Assembly: GCA_034429475.1 (NCBI GenBank)
Contig: DAOUGD010000126.1
Coordinates: 32,818 to 96,817, forward strand
DNA from: Anaerolineae bacterium
GTDB taxonomy: Bacteria; Chloroflexota; Anaerolineae; B4-G1; SLSP01
Reading direction: 5' to 3'
DNA: 64,000 nucleotides
The position numbers and the translations under genes were made by a program. This document shows positions 8,925-18,602 of the stretch, one piece after another. The first letter of the stretch is position 1. Every line of letters starts with the position of its first letter. Under the pieces are notes generated by a model. That model searched no databases. It was not told the DNA's origin and saw nothing but the letters and a program-made list of their open reading frames with translations.

Positions 8925-11327
8925 GTGCTGGCGGCGCGTTGCCTGGCAGAGGCGCCGTGGCGCTTCGATCTGTGGTCGGCGATCATTGGCGCGCTTCTGG
9001 CGTGGGGGATCGCGGGCTTTCTGTATACCCGCCGCGCGGCGATAAAAACATTCGCGCTGAAATTGTGGACGCCGCTGGTGGCGCTCCGCGCGCGGCTGCA
9101 ATCCAGCCAGGAAGAACGCTATGTGGATGATTTGCAGGAGGCTCTTCGGGGTCTCCTGCTTTTTGATCCGGTGGAGCCCCAGCTTGTCTTCTGCCCACCG
9201 ACTTTTCAGACGGCGGCCCCGGTGGTAGCGGCGTCCGTCGAAGGCGACAATTTCCTCGCGCTGCTGGAAATTCGCTTTGATGCCCTGCTGGAAGGTCACC
9301 CGCGCCTGCTGATTATCGGCCCCCAGGCTGCCGGCCGCACGACGACCCTGGTGATGGTTATGCGGCAGGTATTGGCGCAGGCCAAAGGCCGGAAACCCTA
9401 TACCCGCTTCCCGGTCTGGCTTGACCTGAATTATTTCAAAGAACTCCCCAATCCGCAGGCTTCGGCGCTGGATAAGCTCGCCGCGCTGGCGAATCTTTAC
9501 TTCCCCAGCCTGGCGCCCCAATGGGCGCTGACCCACCTCCGCCGTGATCCGGCGTTGATTTTGGTGGATAACTGGGAAGCGTTGCCTCCAAACGCTCGCG
9601 ATCAGGCGGCGCGATGGATTGGGGAGCTTTCCCGCGAATTGCCGGACAGTATCTGCCTGGTTTCCAGTGGGACGGAAGGCTATGGGCTGTTTGTGGAGGC
9701 CGGCTTTGTCCCGCTCACACTGGTTCCGGCAAAGGGCGCGGCGATGGTCGAGTCGCTCTACGGCGGCTGGGCGACGCTGCTTCAGCGGCCGGGGGCGATG
9801 CCCCCAGAACTGCGCCAGCTCCTGCTCTGGGCCGATCAGGCCGGAGCTTCGTTGTTGGAACTCAATTTGCGCCTTATGTTGTATCTCCTGACCGGCCAGG
9901 CGCCGGATTTCCTCATCGAAGTCCTCGACTATCTGCTGGACATCAAAATCCCTATGCTGAATCTGGGCGAGGGGCAGGAGACTGTCGCCGAACACGCCCG
10001 CACGCTGGCCATTGCGCTGGTCGGTCAGATTGCGCGCGAGCATCGGTTGGAAGGGCGCGTCATTATGCGGCAGGCCATTTATGACCGCCTGACCGCGATG
10101 CTGCCCCCGGAGGAAGAGCGTCCGCCTCGGCTGGAGGGCGCGGCGCGCAAGCTCATCTTTGACTCCGGTTTCTTGATGCAGCGGGGCAAAGCCTGGGAAC
10201 CCTCCCATTATTTGTGGGAAGATTTTCTGACCGCCTGGCATTTGAGCGGGGAAGACATCGGCCCGGACATGTTCAAGGCGCACCTCCACGACCCCAGTTG
10301 GAGTTTCCTCTTGGAGTTTTATGTGACGTTGGGGGATGTTACGCCGTTGGTTCACACGCTGCTTCAAGAGGCCGCCACGTATCAAAATGATGAGGCGGTG
10401 CTGCGCGCTGCGCGCTGGGCCACGCTGACGCCGGATGACGTTCCCTGGCGCAAGGATGTGATTAAAACCCTGGCGGAGGTCTTCGCCGATCCGGACTTGA
10501 CGCAGGAATGGCGGCTGCGTTTTGGGCGCTGTCTCTCCCTGGTCGCCGGCGGCGAGTCGGCTGCCTTCTTCCTTTCCAGCTTGCGTCATCGTAATATCGG
10601 TGTGCGCTGCGCGGCGCTGCGGGGCATCGGCTGGGTGGGCGGCGAGCGGGAAGTTGCGTTGCTGGAAGGCGCCCTCAAGGAATCGGAGCTGGAGATCGCC
10701 CAAAGCGCCGTGGAGGCTCTGGGCGACATGGGAACCGCGGAGGCGGCCAAACTGCTCAATCGCGTGCTGCCAACGGCCAACGAACATTTGATTTTGCCCA
10801 TCGCCCACGCGCTGGCTAAGATACCGGAGGGCCACGAACTGTTACAGCAGGCCGCCGAGAGCGAGGATTTCATGCTGCGCCGGGCGGCTGCGCATGGATT
10901 GGATTTGATTAATGAACCGTGGGCCGAAACTCTGCTGCAAAAGATGGCGCGCGAAGATGATGAGTGGCTGGTGCGTTCCGCCGCCGAAACGGCGCTGCAC
11001 GCGCGCGAGGAAAAGGCCGCTCACAAGACGGTGGTTCCGCCGCCGCCTAAAGTGGACGCTCTGGAATGGCTCATTGCCTGGGCTGCGGAGCAGGGCGTGG
11101 GTCTGGGGGTGGGGACGGCCGCCGTACAAATGCTGCTGCGCGCCGTGACCGAGGGCGACGCCCGCGCCAAAACTCTCGGCGCATTGACGTTGAGCCAGAT
11201 GGGGATTCCTAAGTTCCTGCCGTTGCTGGAGCCGCTGTTGGAAGATGAGGATTATCAGGTGAAGTACACTGCGGCTTATGCGGTGGAGCAAATTAAGCAG
11301 CGTTACGCTATTGATCAGGGGACGTGA
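8925..11327 (+). CDS. membrane-anchored STAND/NACHT-like P-loop NTPase with C-terminal HEAT/PBS-lyase repeats
   Basis: GTG start 4 nt after the regulator stop with a GAGGGG SD. There is an N-terminal TM helix, a Walker A-like GPQAAGRTTT (Arg where Lys is expected), a Walker B-like ALILVDNWE, and at least 5 HEAT-like repeats at the C-terminus. Confidence 0.6.
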   Translation: MLAARCLAEAPWRFDLWSAIIGALLAWGIAGFLYTRRAAIKTFALKLWTPLVALRARLQSSQEERYVDDLQEALRGLLLFDPVEPQLVFCPPTFQTAAPVVAASVEGDNFLALLEIRFDALLEGHPRLLIIGPQAAGRTTTLVMVMRQVLAQAKGRKPYTRFPVWLDLNYFKELPNPQASALDKLAALANLYFPSLAPQWALTHLRRDPALILVDNWEALPPNARDQAARWIGELSRELPDSICLVSSGTEGYGLFVEAGFVPLTLVPAKGAAMVESLYGGWATLLQRPGAMPPELRQLLLWADQAGASLLELNLRLMLYLLTGQAPDFLIEVLDYLLDIKIPMLNLGEGQETVAEHARTLAIALVGQIAREHRLEGRVIMRQAIYDRLTAMLPPEEERPPRLEGAARKLIFDSGFLMQRGKAWEPSHYLWEDFLTAWHLSGEDIGPDMFKAHLHDPSWSFLLEFYVTLGDVTPLVHTLLQEAATYQNDEAVLRAARWATLTPDDVPWRKDVIKTLAEVFADPDLTQEWRLRFGRCLSLVAGGESAAFFLSSLRHRNIGVRCAALRGIGWVGGEREVALLEGALKESELEIAQSAVEALGDMGTAEAAKLLNRVLPTANEHLILPIAHALAKIPEGHELLQQAAESEDFMLRRAAAHGLDLINEPWAETLLQKMAREDDEWLVRSAAETALHAREEKAAHKTVVPPPPKVDALEWLIAWAAEQGVGLGVGTAAVQMLLRAVTEGDARAKTLGALTLSQMGIPKFLPLLEPLLEDEDYQVKYTAAYAVEQIKQRYAIDQGT

Positions 11328-11356
11328 AAAGGTCGGTAGTTTTTCATCGGTAGATT

Positions 11357-11396
11357 GAGCAGATTAAGCAGGTTTTCGGCTTAATCTGCTCTTTTT
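11357..11396 (+). terminator. intrinsic terminator (13-bp stem GAGCAGATTAAGC / GCTTAATCTGCTC, then TTTTT)
   Basis: A perfect hairpin plus T-run after the STAND-HEAT gene. It overlaps the stop codon of the convergent parA-like gene. Confidence 0.55.
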
Positions 11397-12229
11397 GTGT
11401 CAGTCATTTTTATGTCCTCAGTCGGCGGCGTCCAGTTGACCTCGTGGCCGTCGCCGCGCAGTAACTCCCACGTTAAAATGCGGTAGGCCAGCGCGCCTGT
11501 CGAGCGCGGCGCGTAGAAGATGCCCGGCTCGCCATAGCTGGGCGCTTCGCTGAGCCGCACACTGCGGGGCACGATGATGTTAAACACCTTCTGGGGGAAG
11601 TGCTGGCGCACTTCGTCGGCCACCTGCCGGGAGAGCGCCGTGCGGCTATCATACATTGTCATCACCAGCCCCCGCAGCGTCAACCCCGCGTTGAGTCCCC
11701 GCTGCACCAGGGTGATGGTGTGCGTCAATTGCGACAGACCTTCCAACGCCAGGTATTCGCACTGCACCGGCACAATCACGCCCTGCGCCGCCGCCAACGC
11801 GCTGACGGTGAGGACTCCCAGGCTGGGGGGCGAATCAATCAACAGATAATCGTAGCCGTTGAGCGGCGCCAAAGCTTGTTTCAGTTGTTCGGCGCGCTCG
11901 CGTGGATCGGTCATGCGATTCAACTCGACCGTCGCGCCGGCCAGGGCGGGGGTGCTGGGGAGGATGTCCAATCGCTGCCAGCGGGTTCCCCGGACAACTT
12001 CGGGCGTGGTTTGTGTCCCCATCAGGACATCATAGATCGAAGAAGACAGGATGCGCGGGTCAATGCCCAGGCTGGTAGTGGCGTTGCATTGCGGGTCAAT
12101 GTCCACGACCAGCACGCGATAGCCCCAGTCCGCCATAGCCGCTGCCACGTTTACCACGGTCGTGGTTTTTCCCACTCCGCCTTTTTGGTTGGCGAAAACG
12201 TAAACGCGAGTCGGGCGCAGTTCATCCAT
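11381..12229 (-). CDS. ParA/Soj/MinD-family P-loop ATPase
   Basis: The KGGVGKTTTVVNVAAA deviant Walker A is present. Start was chosen at MDELRPT (12229), because the longer ORF's N-terminal extension is Pro/Arg-rich and overlaps the PfkB gene. Confidence 0.75.
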   Translation of the reverse strand: MDELRPTRVYVFANQKGGVGKTTTVVNVAAAMADWGYRVLVVDIDPQCNATTSLGIDPRILSSSIYDVLMGTQTTPEVVRGTRWQRLDILPSTPALAGATVELNRMTDPRERAEQLKQALAPLNGYDYLLIDSPPSLGVLTVSALAAAQGVIVPVQCEYLALEGLSQLTHTITLVQRGLNAGLTLRGLVMTMYDSRTALSRQVADEVRQHFPQKVFNIIVPRSVRLSEAPSYGEPGIFYAPRSTGALAYRILTWELLRGDGHEVNWTPPTEDIKMTDTKRAD

Positions 12230-13070
12230 GGGACAATCGAGAGGCGCAGAGCATCGCCTCTTCCGGGCGCGGCGTGGAGTCCAGCCCGGCGCGTGTGACC
12301 GAATACCCGGCCAGGCACGCGGCGTAGTCCGCCGCGCGCGGCGCGGGATTGCCGGCAGCCAGCGCGGCAAAGAAGGCGCTGGCGAAGATGTCGCCGGCGC
12401 CGGTGGGGTCAACTTCCGTCACCGGGAGGGCCGAGTACGTCTGAGCCTTGCCGTGGATGAACAGGGTGCCGCCCTGCCGGTTCTGAGTGACGACCAGGAT
12501 CGGGGTCTGTCGGGCGAAGTCGCGGGCCAGCGCCCAGTCGCCGCCGATGTCGTCAATGCTGAAGACGACGGCGGACGCCAGGGGCAGCACGTACTCTGCT
12601 TCAGCCCAGGCGCGCGGTATGACGTTGCCGTGCGCGTCGTGCGTGCGCATCCAGCCCTGGGGGGTGATGCCAATGAAGGTGTGCCCGGCGAAAGCCGCTA
12701 TCAGGGCGGGATCACATTCCGCCATCACCGGGCCAAGGTGCACCAGGGGACTTTGCTGCCACGCCGGGGGAATCTGGGCGGGCGTCAGGGCGGCGGCGAC
12801 GGTGTAGATCATCTGGCGGCGGCATCCGTTGGTGTAGATGTTCTCAAAAGTGGTGCTGGACGGCGCCGGGTAATTTACGATGGTCACGGCGCCGTCAAAC
12901 GCCGTGAGGCTGAGGTTGGTTTCAAAGCTGGTGAGGATGCCAACCCGACGGCCCAGCGCGGCCGCCGTCAAGGCGGCGTAGGACGCCGTTCCCCCAAGGG
13001 TGTGTCCGCCGCCTGGCAGCAGATCGCGTGTGATGTGCCCGATGACCAGGTAATCTACCGGCGTTGGCAT
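12222..13070 (-). CDS. PfkB-family carbohydrate/ribokinase-like kinase
   Basis: A GG motif near the N-terminus and the DPTGAGD anion-hole motif are both present over 282 aa. Confidence 0.75.
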   Translation of the reverse strand: MPTPVDYLVIGHITRDLLPGGGHTLGGTASYAALTAAALGRRVGILTSFETNLSLTAFDGAVTIVNYPAPSSTTFENIYTNGCRRQMIYTVAAALTPAQIPPAWQQSPLVHLGPVMAECDPALIAAFAGHTFIGITPQGWMRTHDAHGNVIPRAWAEAEYVLPLASAVVFSIDDIGGDWALARDFARQTPILVVTQNRQGGTLFIHGKAQTYSALPVTEVDPTGAGDIFASAFFAALAAGNPAPRAADYAACLAGYSVTRAGLDSTPRPEEAMLCASRLSHG

Positions 13071-13072
13071 CG

Positions 13073-14035
13073 TTATTTATCCAGTTTGCGGATGGGGATG
13101 ATGGTGATGGCGCGGTTTTCACCTTTGCCGATGCTTTCTGTCTGGACTCGCTCATCCTGACGCAGAAGCATGTGGATCACCCGCCGGTCGTGGGCCGGCA
13201 TAGGACGCAGCCGGATCGTGCGCCCGGTGTTGACGGCCTGATCGGCTTTCTTGCGGGCCAGAGATTCCAGGCTGCTGCGCTGGCGCTTGCGATAGCCGTC
13301 GGCGTCTATCACGACGTTGTAGTCGCCTTCGATGCGGTGATGGAGCAAGGTGCGGAACAGATATTGCACACTGTTGAGCGTCTGGGCGCGCGGCCCGACG
13401 AGCATATCCGCGTCGCGCCCGCGCAGGGAAATCCACAGGGTCACGCGCTCCTCCTGCCGCCAACTTAACCCCGTCTTGACGCGCAGTCCGGCGAACAGGT
13501 GTTCGGCCACTTCGTCGGCGACGGCTTCGATGGCCTGGTGATTCAGGTCGCCGGGCCGATGTTCCGCCTTCTCTCTGCGGATGGCGCTGGCAGGGCCGGA
13601 CTCTGCCCGGGCACCGGGTGCCGGTGTGGCGTCTTCCCATTCTGATTCCTCGTCGGTTTCTGTGCCTTCTTCCACTACATTGGTAATTTCTTCAGCCATT
13701 TCCAGGATGGCCTCATCCTCTTTTTCTTCCGACAAGGCGGTTTTCACGGCGGGCCGCGATGTAACCGGTTCCGCGACCGGGGCGGGCGGCGGCGCGACGG
13801 GGGTCGGCTCTACCGGCGCGGCAGGGATAGGCGCGCGAGTGACTTCCACCAGGCCGACCGGTCGCCGGGTGAGGCGCACGCGAGCCTGGCGCGCGCCCAG
13901 TCCGAGGAATCCCCGGCTGCCCTCGTCGAGTGTTTCGATAACTACATCGTCGCGGGTGACGGCCATGCGGGTCAATCCTAAAATGATGGCTTCATCAACC
14001 GAGGGCGCGGTAATTTCCATTGAGTCTTCAACCAT
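13073..14035 (-). CDS. jag: Jag/KhpB RNA-binding protein (Jag_N, KH, R3H)
   Basis: A Jag_N-like N-terminus, an acidic Pro/Ala linker and a C-terminal R3H (DRRVIHMLL ... GKGENRAITIIP). It lies directly downstream of yidC. Confidence 0.75.
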   Translation of the reverse strand: MVEDSMEITAPSVDEAIILGLTRMAVTRDDVVIETLDEGSRGFLGLGARQARVRLTRRPVGLVEVTRAPIPAAPVEPTPVAPPPAPVAEPVTSRPAVKTALSEEKEDEAILEMAEEITNVVEEGTETDEESEWEDATPAPGARAESGPASAIRREKAEHRPGDLNHQAIEAVADEVAEHLFAGLRVKTGLSWRQEERVTLWISLRGRDADMLVGPRAQTLNSVQYLFRTLLHHRIEGDYNVVIDADGYRKRQRSSLESLARKKADQAVNTGRTIRLRPMPAHDRRVIHMLLRQDERVQTESIGKGENRAITIIPIRKLDK

Positions 14036-14044
14036 AACTACCTC

Positions 14045-14827
14045 CTACTGCGCCGCCTTTTTTTGCCTAGCGGCAAGGTCTTTCTTTGGGGTGTCTTTTT
14101 CTCCATTGCCGTCGGTCGAGGCAGGGAGATGGTAATGTCTGCGGAAAAGGAAGTATTGCAAGATGCTGACCAGGTTGGAGATCAGGAAGTAGACGGCCAG
14201 CCCCGACGCATACGTTGCTGAGAAGAAGCCCATCATCAAGGGCATCATAAGCAGCATTTGCTTGTTCATGGCCTCGGCCTGCGGGTCGGTGGCCGGCGGG
14301 GTGATGAGTTTTTGGCTGTACCAGGAGGTTAGCACCACCAGGATCGGCAGGATGAACAACGAATCAGGCAATGCCAGGTCGAGCCAGAGGAACTGACTCT
14401 TTAAGGGGATCAGGGTGTTGAAGCTCGCGGCCCAGGGGTAGATGTCTTTGGACAGTTCTAGCAGTTGTAGGGGCGTTGAGGCCAGCGAGCGGATGATGGC
14501 CTGATAGGCACCGAACATCAGGGGCAGTTGCAACAGCAATGGCAGGCAGCCGCCCAACGGATTGATGCCGGATTCTTGGTAGAGTTTCATTTGCTCCTGG
14601 GCCAGCTTTTCCCGGTCGTCCTTGTACTTGCGCTGAAGTTCATCCATCTTGGGCTTCATCTCTTGCTGGCGCCGCGCCATTTTTTGCTGGTTGAGCATCA
14701 GAGGCGTGATTGCCAGGCGGAGCAGCAAAGTGATGAGGGCCACCGCCACCATCGTTTCGTGTCCCAAGAAACTATAGAATAACAACAACAGGTTGATCAG
14801 CGGTCTAACTATGAGTGTATCCCACAC
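14045..14827 (-). CDS. yidC: YidC/Oxa1-family membrane protein insertase (short form)
   Basis: 260 aa, multi-TM, with a basic C-terminal tail and a conserved position in the rnpA-yidD-yidC-jag cluster. Confidence 0.8.
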   Translation of the reverse strand: MWDTLIVRPLINLLLLFYSFLGHETMVAVALITLLLRLAITPLMLNQQKMARRQQEMKPKMDELQRKYKDDREKLAQEQMKLYQESGINPLGGCLPLLLQLPLMFGAYQAIIRSLASTPLQLLELSKDIYPWAASFNTLIPLKSQFLWLDLALPDSLFILPILVVLTSWYSQKLITPPATDPQAEAMNKQMLLMMPLMMGFFSATYASGLAVYFLISNLVSILQYFLFRRHYHLPASTDGNGEKDTPKKDLAARQKKAAQ

Positions 14828-14949
14828 GGTCCTTCTCCTGTGAACGAGTAAGAAAGTAATGAGTAATGAGAAATGAGTTGTCGGAAACTTGCACTGGTTA
14901 CTCGTTACTCATTACTTATTTCTGATTTCCGTTTGTGACAGCGAATGGC

Positions 14950-16125
14950 TTACTTCGACTCCGCTACTGGGTAAGTCCAGGCAACTTTGCCGCTTTCCAG
15001 TTCAAACACGCGGAGCCGTTCTTTCACCCAAATGGGCATGGTATAGAGCCGGCTGTCATCGGCGACGAGATCGCCGGGCAGCCGCCCCGGGTTGGCTAGT
15101 TCGACGCCCCAGTTCATCTTGTCGCCGGTTTCCGTGTCCAGGACGTGAATCGCGCCTTTTTCGTACCCTGCAATGAACAGCCGGTCGCCTTCCGTGTTGA
15201 GCACCGGGCGACCGCGGACGCTGTCGTCCACCCCCGTAGGATTGTCCCAGAGCATCGTCCGGGTTTCGGTATCGAGGGCGTACACGTGGCCGCCGACGTC
15301 GGTAAAGTAGAGGATATTGCCGTCTACCACCGGCGTCGCCCAGACCCAGTCCGTCGTGTCGTAGGTCCAGATGGCGGTGCGGGTTTCCAGGTCAATCTGG
15401 TAGAGTGTCTTGGCAAAGTCACCCATCCACAGGAAGTCGCCGACGAACACCGGCGTCGCCGCAATCGCTCCCTTCGTCTCGAACTGCCAAAGTTCTTTGC
15501 CGCTGGTCAGGTCCACCGCATAGAGGTGATGATCCAGCGCCCCAATGTAGACGACGTCATCTTTCACCACCGGCGTGGCCCACACGCGATCTTTGGTCGT
15601 AAACGTCCACGCCAACGCGCCGTCGGCGAGATTCAGGGCGTAAACTTTGCCGTCGCCGTTGCCGATGATGAACAGGCTGCCGGCCACTGTGCCGCTGCCG
15701 ACGTATTGCCCGGCAGCGCCGGGTGTCGTGCCGTCGGCGGGGGGGAACGTCCAGGCGAGGTCGGGTTGTTCGGTGGGGGATTCGCCCAGTTCCAGGGCGT
15801 ACACCACGCGATCCTTGAACCCGGCGATCAACAACAGGCCATTCGGCCCTGCGTCGGGCACCAGCACCGGCGTCGAATAGAAGGGACGCACATTGGTGTC
15901 ACTCTCGGGAGGATAACTCCAATACCACTTGCCGGTCTCGGCGTCGAGCGCCTGCACCCGCTCCAGGTTAGCCGCGTAGATGATGCCGTCATTGACGATC
16001 ATGCTGGGCCAGCTTTCGTGGCGCAGGGTTTTACCACCCATACAGCCGCTCAACGCTAATATCGCGCTCAACATCCCGGCGATCATCCAGAGAAGGCGGG
16101 ACCGTTTACTCCGCCAACGTTTCAT
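14950..16125 (-). CDS. PQQ-repeat beta-propeller lipoprotein (BamB-like fold)
   Basis: Start chosen at MKRW with an AGGAG RBS. It has a lipobox (LALSGC) and repeated PQQ-like WxxxxGxxxSxP units. Confidence 0.65.
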   Translation of the reverse strand: MKRWRSKRSRLLWMIAGMLSAILALSGCMGGKTLRHESWPSMIVNDGIIYAANLERVQALDAETGKWYWSYPPESDTNVRPFYSTPVLVPDAGPNGLLLIAGFKDRVVYALELGESPTEQPDLAWTFPPADGTTPGAAGQYVGSGTVAGSLFIIGNGDGKVYALNLADGALAWTFTTKDRVWATPVVKDDVVYIGALDHHLYAVDLTSGKELWQFETKGAIAATPVFVGDFLWMGDFAKTLYQIDLETRTAIWTYDTTDWVWATPVVDGNILYFTDVGGHVYALDTETRTMLWDNPTGVDDSVRGRPVLNTEGDRLFIAGYEKGAIHVLDTETGDKMNWGVELANPGRLPGDLVADDSRLYTMPIWVKERLRVFELESGKVAWTYPVAESK

Positions 16126-16180
16126 AGTGCCTCCTGTAAGAAACAAGAAATTTGAAACTGGAAATAAGCCATGAACATGA

Positions 16181-16390
16181 TCACGGCACAGGGTCATACC
16201 CACCCGGGTTAAAGGGATTGCAGCGCAGGATACGTTTGAAAGCCATCCACCCACCCTTCAACAATCCGTAACGCTCAATGGCGGTGTAGGCATACTGCGA
16301 ACAACTGGGGGTGAAACGACAACTCGGCGGAAAAAGTGGGGAAATTGAACGACGGTAGAATCGGATCAACCACAGCGCCCATGCCTTCAT
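16181..16390 (-). CDS. yidD: membrane protein insertion efficiency factor YidD
   Basis: The [19 protein letters not shown] motif is present. The ATG overlaps the rnpA TGA (ATGA coupling); the longer ORF runs to 16420. Confidence 0.8.
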   Translation of the reverse strand: MKAWALWLIRFYRRSISPLFPPSCRFTPSCSQYAYTAIERYGLLKGGWMAFKRILRCNPFNPGGYDPVP

Positions 16391-16761
16391 TCTTGCTCGG
16401 TTATCTCCCTGGGCGACCACAAAGCTGCGCGATGCAGCAGTTGCTCAAGGCCGGCTTCCACCTGCGGCTCCCCGACAGCCAGGAGCGAAGCGCGCGCCAC
16501 CAACACGATGTCCCATCCGGTCACAATTCGGGGGTACAGCCGCCGCGCCGCTTCACGCAGCAAGCGCCGGGCGCGATTGCGCGCCACGGCGTTGCCCACT
16601 TTGCGGCTTGCCGTAAGTCCAATGCGCACCGTTCCCAGATGGTTGGGGAGCGCCCACAAAATACATAAGGGATGCGCCCACGACCGCCCTCCGGCCCAGA
16701 CTTGCCGGAAATCCGCAGAGCGACGCAGGCGCATATCCTTTTGCCAGGTTTCGCGCTCCAA
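16387..16761 (-). CDS. rnpA: ribonuclease P protein component
   Basis: A 124-aa basic protein placed between rpmH and yidD, with an RLRRSADF-type motif. Confidence 0.8.
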   Translation of the reverse strand: MERETWQKDMRLRRSADFRQVWAGGRSWAHPLCILWALPNHLGTVRIGLTASRKVGNAVARNRARRLLREAARRLYPRIVTGWDIVLVARASLLAVGEPQVEAGLEQLLHRAALWSPREITEQE

Positions 16762-16771
16762 CTGATTTAGC

Positions 16772-16978
16772 TTAGTCGCGGCGTCGTGGCCGCTGCGCGC
16801 TTTCCTTCCAGTTGATGCGCTTGGCGCCGCCGAGGCTCACCACGGTCAGCTTGTGCCGGCCCTTCAGCCGCCGCCGCTTCAGGACGTTCCGTCCGTTGCG
16901 GGTCGCCATCCGCTGCATAAAGCCGTGAACCCGCATTCGCCGCCGTTTCTTGGGTTGATATGTCTGCTTCGTCGTCAT
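16772..16978 (-). CDS. rpmH: 50S ribosomal protein L34, ORF with ~20-aa C-terminal extension
   Basis: [46 protein letters not shown] matches L34. AAGGAG RBS. Confidence 0.75.
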   Translation of the reverse strand: MTTKQTYQPKKRRRMRVHGFMQRMATRNGRNVLKRRRLKGRHKLTVVSLGGAKRINWKESAQRPRRRD

Positions 16979-17046
16979 TCCATTTACTCCTTTATATTAA
17001 CCTTGTCTCTCATGGGTTGTGGTGGATAGCGATAAGTCCCTTACGT

Positions 17047-17079
17047 AAAAACCGCGCGGTCATGGGCCGCGCCGGTTTT
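17047..17079 (-). terminator. GC-rich hairpin followed by a T-run on the minus strand, downstream of the FAD oxidoreductase gene
   Basis: AAAACCGCGCGG ... CCGCGCCGGTTTT with one indel in the stem. Confidence 0.4.
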
Positions 17080-17127
17080 ATCTTTCCTTCCCAGAGCAAG
17101 GACATTATACCGTATCAGGGGAGTAAG

Positions 17128-18534
17128 TCAATTGCCGTTCGGAACTTTTTCCAGCCGTTGGGCAATGGCCCGCGCCGCGACCAATCCCGCCGCCGACGCT
17201 TGAATCAGGCCGCGCGTGATCCCCGCGCCATCCCCGCAGGCGAACAGATTGCGGACTTCGGTCTCCAATTCCTGGGTCAAGTGCAGACGATTGGAGTAGA
17301 ATTTGACCTCCACACCGTAGAGCAGGGTGTGGGGCGCGGCCACGCCCGGCGCAATCTGATCCATCGCATGCAGCATTTCGAGGATGTTTTTGACGTAGCG
17401 ATACGGCAGCACCAGGTTGAGGTCGCCAGGCGCTGCGCCGGGCAGGGTGGGCGTGACCACGGAGCGCGTCAGCCGTTCGACGGTCGAGCGCCGCCCGGCT
17501 TCCAGATCGCCGAGGCGCTGCACCATCACGCCGCCGCTGAGCAGATTCGCCAGTCGCGCGATGCTTTTGCCGTAGGTGATGGGATCGTCAAACGGCTCGG
17601 TGAAGTTCTTGCTGACCAGCAGGGCGAAGTTGGTATTGGCGGTGCGCCGGTCGGCAAACGAATGGCCGTTCACCGTCGTGACGTCCCCGGCAAACTCCGT
17701 GCTGACCTCGCCGTAGGGGCACATGCAGAACGTGCGGATCTGGTCGTCGAAGGCGCGCGAGTAATAGATGAACTTGGATTCGTAGACCAACCGGGTGATC
17801 GGTTCCAGCACGGCGGCAGGCAGTTCAACGCGCACACCCAGGTCTACTGGATTGCGCGTCAGCGTCAGGCGCAGCTCGCGCGCGATGCTCTCCAACCACG
17901 CGGAGCCTTCGCGTCCCGGCGCGGCGATGACCCTACCGGCTTCGAGGCGCTCGCCCTTGTCCGTCTCCACGCCGACAACTTGACCATTTTCGGTAAGGAT
18001 GCGGGCGACGGGGGTGCGGGTGCGGACGGTGACGCCGCGCGCCAGCAGGGCGTCGCGCATTGAACGCATCACGTTCTCGCAGCGCTCCGTACCGATGTGG
18101 CGGATCGGCACTGAGATCAGGCGCAGTCCGGCCAGCGCGGCTTTGTGTTCCAGCGCCTCGATCTCGTCGGTGTAGGTCCCGTAGACGGTTTTGGGCGCGC
18201 CGAACTGGCGATAGATGGCGTCCGCCTCGGCGATCAACTTGGCGGTAGCCTGCTCTCCCAGGATTTCGCCCAGATGCCCGCCGACCGCCGGCGAGAGGGT
18301 CAGCTTACCGTCCGAAAATGCCCCCGCGCCGCCCCAACCGTTGAGGATGGCGCACGGCTGGCAGTGTTTGCAGCCGCCTTTTCCCTCGCGGATGGGACAG
18401 CGGCGTTTGTCAATGTCGTGACCCTTGTCGAGGATAGCAATCCGTAATCCCGAATAACGACTCAACTCCAACGCGGCAAAAATCCCGGCCGGCCCCGCGC
18501 CAATAATGATGACGTCAAAGGTCTTTGTCTCCAT
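17128..18534 (-). CDS. FAD-dependent oxidoreductase (COG2509-like)
   Basis: An N-terminal dinucleotide-binding fold ([16 protein letters not shown]), 468 aa. Confidence 0.7.
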   Translation of the reverse strand: METKTFDVIIIGAGPAGIFAALELSRYSGLRIAILDKGHDIDKRRCPIREGKGGCKHCQPCAILNGWGGAGAFSDGKLTLSPAVGGHLGEILGEQATAKLIAEADAIYRQFGAPKTVYGTYTDEIEALEHKAALAGLRLISVPIRHIGTERCENVMRSMRDALLARGVTVRTRTPVARILTENGQVVGVETDKGERLEAGRVIAAPGREGSAWLESIARELRLTLTRNPVDLGVRVELPAAVLEPITRLVYESKFIYYSRAFDDQIRTFCMCPYGEVSTEFAGDVTTVNGHSFADRRTANTNFALLVSKNFTEPFDDPITYGKSIARLANLLSGGVMVQRLGDLEAGRRSTVERLTRSVVTPTLPGAAPGDLNLVLPYRYVKNILEMLHAMDQIAPGVAAPHTLLYGVEVKFYSNRLHLTQELETEVRNLFACGDGAGITRGLIQASAAGLVAARAIAQRLEKVPNGN

Positions 18535-18561
18535 TGGATCCTCCTGGCGAATGAACGAATC

Positions 18562-18593
18562 AGCGGATCAGCGGATCGGCGGATCAGCGGATC
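18562..18593. repeat. 8-mer tandem repeat (CAGCGGAT x4, one variant)
   Basis: Read directly from the sequence. Confidence 0.6.
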
Positions 18594-18602
18594 AACGCAT
18601 TA

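Noticed and set aside
8889-10835. 648-aa ORF on the minus strand covering the STAND-HEAT gene
   Set aside because: It is antisense to a well-supported gene in high-GC DNA. The translation is Arg/Gln/Pro-rich low complexity with no motifs or RBS, so it is a typical shadow ORF.
16979-17127. Replication origin next to rpmH
   Set aside because: rpmH/rnpA often neighbour dnaA and oriC. Here, though, no dnaA gene and no cluster of TTATCCACA-like boxes is visible, and the adjacent spacer holds only a terminator hairpin.
16960-18063. 367-aa plus-strand ORF overlapping rpmH and the FAD oxidoreductase gene
   Set aside because: It is a shadow ORF antisense to two motif-supported genes.
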